Source: an uncultured Candidatus Saccharibacteria bacterium (GTDB taxonomy: Bacteria > Patescibacteriota > Dojkabacteria > J137). From it: a DNA stretch of 64,000 nt. Both the position numbers and the translations under genes were made by a program. This document shows positions 58,810-64,000 of this stretch, piece by piece (within the stretch, counting starts at the first letter, position 1; each line of letters opens with the position of its first letter). The stretch is taken from NCBI GenBank assembly GCA_965230975.1, contig OZ246402.1, positions 711,228 through 775,227 of the forward strand, given 5' to 3'. Below the pieces are notes generated by a model. It made no database searches. It saw only the letters and a program-made list of their open reading frames with translations, and had not been told where the DNA came from.

Positions 58810-58858
58810 AAATAAGTAAGTAATTAATTAAATTCTTGAAGTTACTAAATAAATAATA

Positions 58859-59956
58859 CTAAGGTAATGTAAAAATGCCAAGCCCTACGCTTCCTGTAAA
58901 CCCTCCAATTAGTATTACAAATATTAAAATTATTAAAAGTGAAAAGTGATAATGTGAAAAAGATCTAACACTGCTAAGCATTTTTGTTCTAGATAGAGCA
59001 ACAAAATCTATCAAAAATAATAATGCAAGAAATAGCAAGAAAGCTACATTTACAGTGTTTTGTAAACCAGGCGTAAACCCAGCTATTAACGAATCTGACT
59101 TTATAGAAATCTCATTACCAGTATTATTTGGTAAGTTTACGTTAACTTCTACAGAAGAATTCAAATCTTCACCTGTTTGAGTTGTGCCATTTACAACAAT
59201 AATATTTTTACCTTGCACTGGATCTTCTATTCTATATGTAAAAACACCGTCTAAAATTGCCGGGGAGGCTTTATACTCTGAATTATTATAGATAGTTAAC
59301 TTATCAACTCCAATAGCTTGACCATCTACATTAATAAATTCAGAATTAATTGTTTCGTTTTCTTTAGGGTTTAAAATGGTTATTTTACTAGAATTTAGAT
59401 CTGCAGATACATAAGAAGCCTGGCTACCAAAGTGAACTGCAATGATTAGATTATTATTTCTATTTTGATACGACCCAGTGATTAAGCCAAATCCAACTTC
59501 GGTAAATTCTGGTTTAAGAATGTTCTCTCTATGAGTTTTGCTATTTATCCAGGCATTCATAACATCTGTTATATTTGAAAATCCTTCTGCTAAATTTTCA
59601 CCTGCATAAGTATATATGTATCCAACATCATCAAAATATTTCCAGGGTTGAGTTCCTTCCGGACAATAATGTGACCAACAATCTAAATTTAGCATTTCAG
59701 TTGCTTTTTTTGTTGCAGATTGGTTTAGTAAAGAATTAAGTTTTAATTCTGGCAAATTATTTTCTTTTCTGAATTTGTTGTGTTCAACAAGAAGTGATTC
59801 ATTGTTTATAAGAGTTGAGTAGTCTTGTGCAATAATGCTAGATTTGGCAAATAAATTAAAGAAAGTTATTACAATAGTGAATATAATAAGAATAGGGATC
59901 TTTAATAGATGAGCTTTATAGCCGTTTTTTTCGGAAGGTATTATCAAATCTAACAT
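58859..59956 (-). CDS. CAP/SCP/PR-1 domain protein with N- and C-terminal TM anchors
   Basis: CAP motifs HYCPEG...YAGENLAEG...W..S..HRENIL. Confidence 0.6.
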   Translation of the reverse strand: MLDLIIPSEKNGYKAHLLKIPILIIFTIVITFFNLFAKSSIIAQDYSTLINNESLLVEHNKFRKENNLPELKLNSLLNQSATKKATEMLNLDCWSHYCPEGTQPWKYFDDVGYIYTYAGENLAEGFSNITDVMNAWINSKTHRENILKPEFTEVGFGLITGSYQNRNNNLIIAVHFGSQASYVSADLNSSKITILNPKENETINSEFINVDGQAIGVDKLTIYNNSEYKASPAILDGVFTYRIEDPVQGKNIIVVNGTTQTGEDLNSSVEVNVNLPNNTGNEISIKSDSLIAGFTPGLQNTVNVAFLLFLALLFLIDFVALSRTKMLSSVRSFSHYHFSLLIILIFVILIGGFTGSVGLGIFTLP

Positions 59957-60030
59957 TTACTTTGAATGTATTGGATATTTTAATATAATTTACTTATACA
60001 TAATATTTGAAAACTGTAGAAAGATAAAGT

Positions 60031-60858
60031 ATGTTTACAAAATCTAAGGGTCACAGAAGGGTAACTAGTTTGTTTTATGCTATGGCAATAACATTAGGCA
60101 TTTACATTTCTGTTAACGAGTTACACTTTTTTCAAAATACTTATAACTTTATTGTATTTAGTGTTGCAACTTTCTTTATTTATATTGTAGAACTCTTTAC
60201 ATCTTTTCAAAATAAAAGCAGAAAAATTCAAATCAATTTTGATTATAATGATGAAGTAAACGAGCTATCAGAGGTCTTTCATAAAATACTTTTACCCATT
60301 TTTTTATATTTAAGTATTTTAGGATTCTCTTACTTTAATATTACAAATGCTAGCATCTATATTATTTTGGCAATTACATTTGTAAGTTTTTATACACTCA
60401 TTCTTAATACTAAGCTATTCTTGGAGCATGAAGTTAAAGAGGAACATAAAACTCACTATGTTTACGATGTAATAAAATTTTTAATTTTCTTTTTAATGGT
60501 AAATACTTTTGCGAATTTGTATAAATATATTGGTGATTATATTGCATATTTTACAATAGGAGTTTTTGCAATATCTTTCTTAATAAATTACCTTATGTTG
60601 ATTAGAATTAAGATGCTTACCAATAAATTTGTCATTCAATCAACATTAAACTCTGCAATAATTTCTTTGGTCTTTTTAGCATTAAACTTAGGATCTAAAT
60701 TTAACGCTCTTCAAATTGCATTAATCTTAATCTTTTTGTTTTATATTAGTACTGCTATAATTCACCATACTATTAGAAAAACCCTTACAAGAGAGGTTTT
60801 TTTGGAATATATGGTAGTAACCACACTATTATTAGTAATAGCATTCTTGGGCATTTAA
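60031..60858 (+). CDS. Hypothetical integral membrane protein (7-8 TM helices)
   Basis: 275 aa, hydrophobic. Confidence 0.4.
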   Translation: MFTKSKGHRRVTSLFYAMAITLGIYISVNELHFFQNTYNFIVFSVATFFIYIVELFTSFQNKSRKIQINFDYNDEVNELSEVFHKILLPIFLYLSILGFSYFNITNASIYIILAITFVSFYTLILNTKLFLEHEVKEEHKTHYVYDVIKFLIFFLMVNTFANLYKYIGDYIAYFTIGVFAISFLINYLMLIRIKMLTNKFVIQSTLNSAIISLVFLALNLGSKFNALQIALILIFLFYISTAIIHHTIRKTLTREVFLEYMVVTTLLLVIAFLGI

Positions 60859-60866
60859 ATTGTTTT

Positions 60867-60886
60867 TTTGTTGAGGGATCGTCTAA
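60867..60886 (+). repeat. Partial duplicate of the tRNA-Gln 5' end
   Basis: TTGAGGGATCGTCTAATG versus the genuine tRNA 5' end TTGCGGGATCGTCTAATG: 17 of 18 identical. It lies 140 bp upstream of the tRNA. Confidence 0.35.
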
Positions 60887-61008
60887 TGCTCAATAAGACA
60901 ATATTTATGCAAACAAAGTGTAGCATCAATATATTGTCGCATTAGTCACGATTTATAGGGAGTAGGACTTTAGAATTATTAAAAGGAGTAATGCACTTTT
61001 AACAATGT

Positions 61009-61079
61009 TGCGGGATCGTCTAATGGTAGGACGATGGTTTCTGGAGCCATCTATCTAGGTTCGAATCCTAGTCCCGCAA
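61009..61079 (+). tRNA. tRNA-Gln (anticodon CUG)
   Basis: TGCGGGA-TC-GTCT-AATGGTA-GGAC-G-ATGGT-TTCTGGA-GCCAT-CTAT-CTAGG-TTCGAAT-CCTAG-TCCCGCA-A. The U1-A72 pair is typical of tRNA-Gln. Confidence 0.85.
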
Positions 61080-61147
61080 ATTTCAACATTCCTTTAACAC
61101 TCCTCAAAACTTACTGTATAATCTCCAAATCATTTGAGAAAATATAT

Positions 61148-61948
61148 ATGAATAGATTTGAAATAATACAACTTCCTTCTAAGTATATTTCTGAAAAAGC
61201 TGCCATTAAATTTAAGTTAGCAAGTAAAGACCTTAGGTTGTTAAAACAAAAACTTCAAGTAAATAATATCTGTATTAGAGGAGGATTTATTATCGACACA
61301 CTTATAGGTAAAAACCCAAAAGATATAGATATTTTCTATATTTCTCAAAATGCTTTAAGTACTCAAAAAGAGTCCTGCATATGTGATTCTTTTAAAAATA
61401 CCTATTTGACTTTAAAAAATGATTTATCTCTAATAAGCAATTACGAAATTGACTGGGGTCATTATGGTAAGAATGAATTAGTATTACCTTTAGTAGAATG
61501 TATATGTGGCTATCTAACTCAAAGTTTGGATTTCCTTTCATTATTTGTACTTGATATAAATGGCAAGGTTTGGACCAACAAATATGGTCTTTACTGTTTT
61601 CAAAATCAAATTTGGGAGATAACACCAATGACCTGGATGACATATTCCCATTTTATGGCAGATAAGCCAGTAGATTTTTATGATCTTTATACTGGAATTT
61701 GCTTAAAAGTAATTCGTCATATTAAAGAAGGTAAAGCTAACAAAATAGGGCCAATGACTAAAGAACTATTAGAAAATTTTCATTATGTTCTGCAAAAAAT
61801 AAAACCTGAATCTGAAAGAGGCAAAAATATTGTTGGAAGATTTAATAAAAACGAGCTTAGTTTAGTAGATTTAAAAAAAATCTTAGCTATTTTAGAAATT
61901 GAAACTTCAGAGTTAATAATGATTCAATTTTCTAGAATTATAGGCTAA
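61148..61948 (+). CDS. Minimal pol-beta-superfamily nucleotidyltransferase-fold protein, function unknown
   Basis: G[GS]-x12-DxD motif IRGGFIIDTLIGKNPKDIDIF, with a possible third acidic residue in FVLDING. The start was trimmed to MNRFEII to avoid the tRNA. Confidence 0.4.
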   Translation: MNRFEIIQLPSKYISEKAAIKFKLASKDLRLLKQKLQVNNICIRGGFIIDTLIGKNPKDIDIFYISQNALSTQKESCICDSFKNTYLTLKNDLSLISNYEIDWGHYGKNELVLPLVECICGYLTQSLDFLSLFVLDINGKVWTNKYGLYCFQNQIWEITPMTWMTYSHFMADKPVDFYDLYTGICLKVIRHIKEGKANKIGPMTKELLENFHYVLQKIKPESERGKNIVGRFNKNELSLVDLKKILAILEIETSELIMIQFSRIIG

Positions 61949-61969
61949 GCAATAAAGCGAACATTTAAA

Positions 61970-63019
61970 TTAATAAGGTACATATGGAGCTGGATCGATA
62001 AAAACTCCATTTTTAATTAAAGAAAAGTGCAAATGAACCCCTGTACTATTACCAGTTGTTCCCATTTCCATTATTGATTGACCTTGCTGAACTCTATCTC
62101 CAGCTTTAACATAAAAAATACCACTACCATGGTAATAATGAGTTACAATTCCACCACCGTGATTAATTTTAACAGCGCATCCCTCACCTGTTCTAATACA
62201 TCCAACATATTCTACAACACCAGCAGCAACTGATTTAATTGTACAACCAGGCCATCTGGCAAGATCTAATCCATTGTGGTAAAAAGTATAACCTCTAGAT
62301 AGAATATACCCTGTGCAACTAGAGTCTTCTAAAGGATTAGAAAAGATACCTGTAGGAATACCCGCTATTACAATATCGTTAACGTTTAAGTTGCCGTCTG
62401 GAATAAATAATTGTTGACCATTAGTGAGAGTATATGGCTGAGTTAGCCCATTGAATTCTGCAATGTTAAATTCATTTGCTTCTGCATTATTTGCACTTGT
62501 ATGCGCAACCACATCAGCCAATGTTTGCCCAGCTTTTACAGTGTACAAAACTCCATTTATTGTTTGCCCTTCTGGAGTAGCAGGAATTTTAATTTTTGAA
62601 CCAATTTGTACCTCATCTGAAAAGGGGCTAATAATATCGGAATTAAACCATCTTATTGTATCTTTGGTTACAATATACTTATCTGCAATGCTATCTAGAG
62701 TGTCGCCAAGTTGAACTGTATAAGTTATTGTAGATACGCCACTACCGCTAGAAGTTAAAACGGCTTGAATAGAGCCACCTTGAGACAATAAGTCGTTTGA
62801 TCCATATGTGTTGCCTCCATCTAGGTAAACTGCATCGGCTACAGCAATTCTAGACACAACACCGCTAATTGCTACAAAGCCGGTAATAAAAATCATTGAA
62901 GCATGTACTATGTTCTTGTATGCACTACCCCTTCCCCAGTGTATTTTAGAAACAATAAACCGTTTAATTTCATCTATTAGGTTTGCTAAAAACCCAATTT
63001 GTTTTTTAAAGATTTTCAT
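61970..63019 (-). CDS. M23-family peptidoglycan endopeptidase with two LysM domains
   Basis: LysM repeats YTVQLGDTLDSIADKY and YTVKAGQTLADV. M23 motifs HNGLD and HLHF. Confidence 0.8.
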   Translation of the reverse strand: MKIFKKQIGFLANLIDEIKRFIVSKIHWGRGSAYKNIVHASMIFITGFVAISGVVSRIAVADAVYLDGGNTYGSNDLLSQGGSIQAVLTSSGSGVSTITYTVQLGDTLDSIADKYIVTKDTIRWFNSDIISPFSDEVQIGSKIKIPATPEGQTINGVLYTVKAGQTLADVVAHTSANNAEANEFNIAEFNGLTQPYTLTNGQQLFIPDGNLNVNDIVIAGIPTGIFSNPLEDSSCTGYILSRGYTFYHNGLDLARWPGCTIKSVAAGVVEYVGCIRTGEGCAVKINHGGGIVTHYYHGSGIFYVKAGDRVQQGQSIMEMGTTGNSTGVHLHFSLIKNGVFIDPAPYVPY

Positions 63020-63020
63020 T

Positions 63021-64000
63021 CTATTTACTTATTCTATTTAGTAATTCGGCTTTATTTATTAATTGCATTGCCTCAAAAAGAGAAGGTGAGAATGGAGAGC
63101 CAACTACACACATTCTTAAAACCATAAATGGGTCACCATTTTTTAAAGCATATTTTTGTGCGATAGATCTCATTTTGTCTACCCACTCAGATTGAATCCA
63201 TTTTGAAGGATCTTCTTCAAGAGAATTCATAACATGATATACCTCTTGTTTTAAGATTTCTAGCTTATCTTTAAATGCGGCTACCTGATCTATGTTCCAG
63301 TCTATATTACTTAGGGCTTGATAAAAGAATTGAATTTGATTTGCAATTTCTGACAAGGTAGTAGCTCTTTCTTTTACAAGTTCAATCTTTTTAGATAGGG
63401 TAGAGTCTGATTTATATTGTTCTAACATGGATTTATCTTCAGAATATTTTTCGCACCATTCTACAAATAATTTTGCTAATTCTTCAGAAGTCTTTAATTT
63501 AAAGTATTCTTTATTAAACCAAGCTAGTTTCTCTCTGTTAAAGATAGGGTTAGACTTATTAAAATCTTTTATATCAAATAATTGTACAAATTCATCTAAA
63601 GAGAATACCTCTTTCTCTTTTTGACCAAACTCTCGTATTTCGGGAGAAGACCAGCCCAAAAGCATTACAAAGTTTAAAACCGCATCTGATAAGTAACCAT
63701 CTTTCAAGAAAGCCTTTGCGGATACTGATCCTTTTCTTTTCGATAACTTACCCCCTTCTGGGTCAAGTATTGCTGTTAAATGAAAATAAGGGGGCATTTC
63801 CCAGCCAAAATACCTATGTAATAAAACCTGTTTAGGAGTAGATGAAAACCATTCTGCGCCTCTAAATACATGACTTATCTTCATTAAACGATCATCTACT
63901 ACAACAGCTAAATGATATGAAGCGATACCATTAGATTTTATTAAGACTTCATCTCCAACTAAGTTACTATCAAACTTAGTATGACCTTGAATGCCATCTG
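63021..64000 (-). CDS. gltX: Glutamate--tRNA ligase, C-terminal two-thirds (5' end beyond the window)
   Basis: VVVDDRLMKISHVFRGAEW matches GluRS VVDDHLMGITHVIRGEDH, and KLSKRKGSVS is the KMSKS-type motif. The reading frame stays open upstream to base 64000. Confidence 0.85.
   Translation of the reverse strand, partial: DGIQGHTKFDSNLVGDEVLIKSNGIASYHLAVVVDDRLMKISHVFRGAEWFSSTPKQVLLHRYFGWEMPPYFHLTAILDPEGGKLSKRKGSVSAKAFLKDGYLSDAVLNFVMLLGWSSPEIREFGQKEKEVFSLDEFVQLFDIKDFNKSNPIFNREKLAWFNKEYFKLKTSEELAKLFVEWCEKYSEDKSMLEQYKSDSTLSKKIELVKERATTLSEIANQIQFFYQALSNIDWNIDQVAAFKDKLEILKQEVYHVMNSLEEDPSKWIQSEWVDKMRSIAQKYALKNGDPFMVLRMCVVGSPFSPSLFEAMQLINKAELLNRISK

Noticed and set aside
1-64000. Prophage, transposon, IS or integron content
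   Set aside because: No transposase, reverse transcriptase, phage structural, terminase or integron-integrase signatures were seen in any frame. The only recombinase is Xer-like, and the only repeats are tRNA fragments and coding repeats.

Overview
This window is a compact, AT-rich, gene-dense bacterial chromosomal segment. Coding density is about 90%, intergenic spacers are short, and Shine-Dalgarno sites are mostly absent. By inference it has the look of a reduced Patescibacteria/CPR-like genome; TGA is used as a stop codon, so it is not genetic code 25.

Most of the content is housekeeping:
- Translation and tRNA modification: the uvrB 3' end, pheS/pheT, lysS, a partial gltX, glyA, miaA, mnmA, ssb, pth, rnpA, gatC, folD, htrA and pcm.
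- Cell wall: an amidase_2 enzyme, a GT51 PBP-like protein, FtsW/RodA, an M23/LysM peptidase and a CapA-family protein.
- Regulation and recombination: a two-component pair and a Xer-type tyrosine recombinase.
- RNA genes: four tRNAs read directly from the sequence, namely Cys-GCA (+), Gly-CCC (-), Glu-UUC (+) and Gln-CUG (+).

No CRISPR array, rRNA, transposase or prophage was seen.

The parts worth a second look are these:
1. A co-directional nucleotide-metabolism block at 37768-44562. It runs APH-like kinase, RfaE-II-like nucleotidyltransferase, a HIT-NUDIX fusion, an N-terminally extended dCMP-deaminase, thyA, then (after a glycosyltransferase on the opposite strand) folA and a dCTP-deaminase-like gene. 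It could simply be dTMP supply, or it could be a nucleotide/DNA-modification module.
2. tRNA-derived partial duplications. Two degenerate tRNA-Cys 3'-half-like repeats sit right after tRNA-Cys, and a 5' tRNA-Gln fragment sits 140 bp upstream of tRNA-Gln. These may be integration or excision scars. Next to tRNA-Gln is a minimal pol-beta-fold nucleotidyltransferase.
3. Two very large cysteine-rich tandem-repeat surface proteins, one ending in an LPSTG sortase sorting signal.
4. Several candidate cis- or trans-acting RNAs: a 135-nt element closed by a 9-bp terminal stem, an sRNA flanked by its own promoter and terminator, and a terminator/antiterminator leader upstream of a GNAT gene.

All protein calls rest on motifs I read directly in the translations. 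No database search was possible, so the hypothetical and domain-level calls need HMM confirmation.
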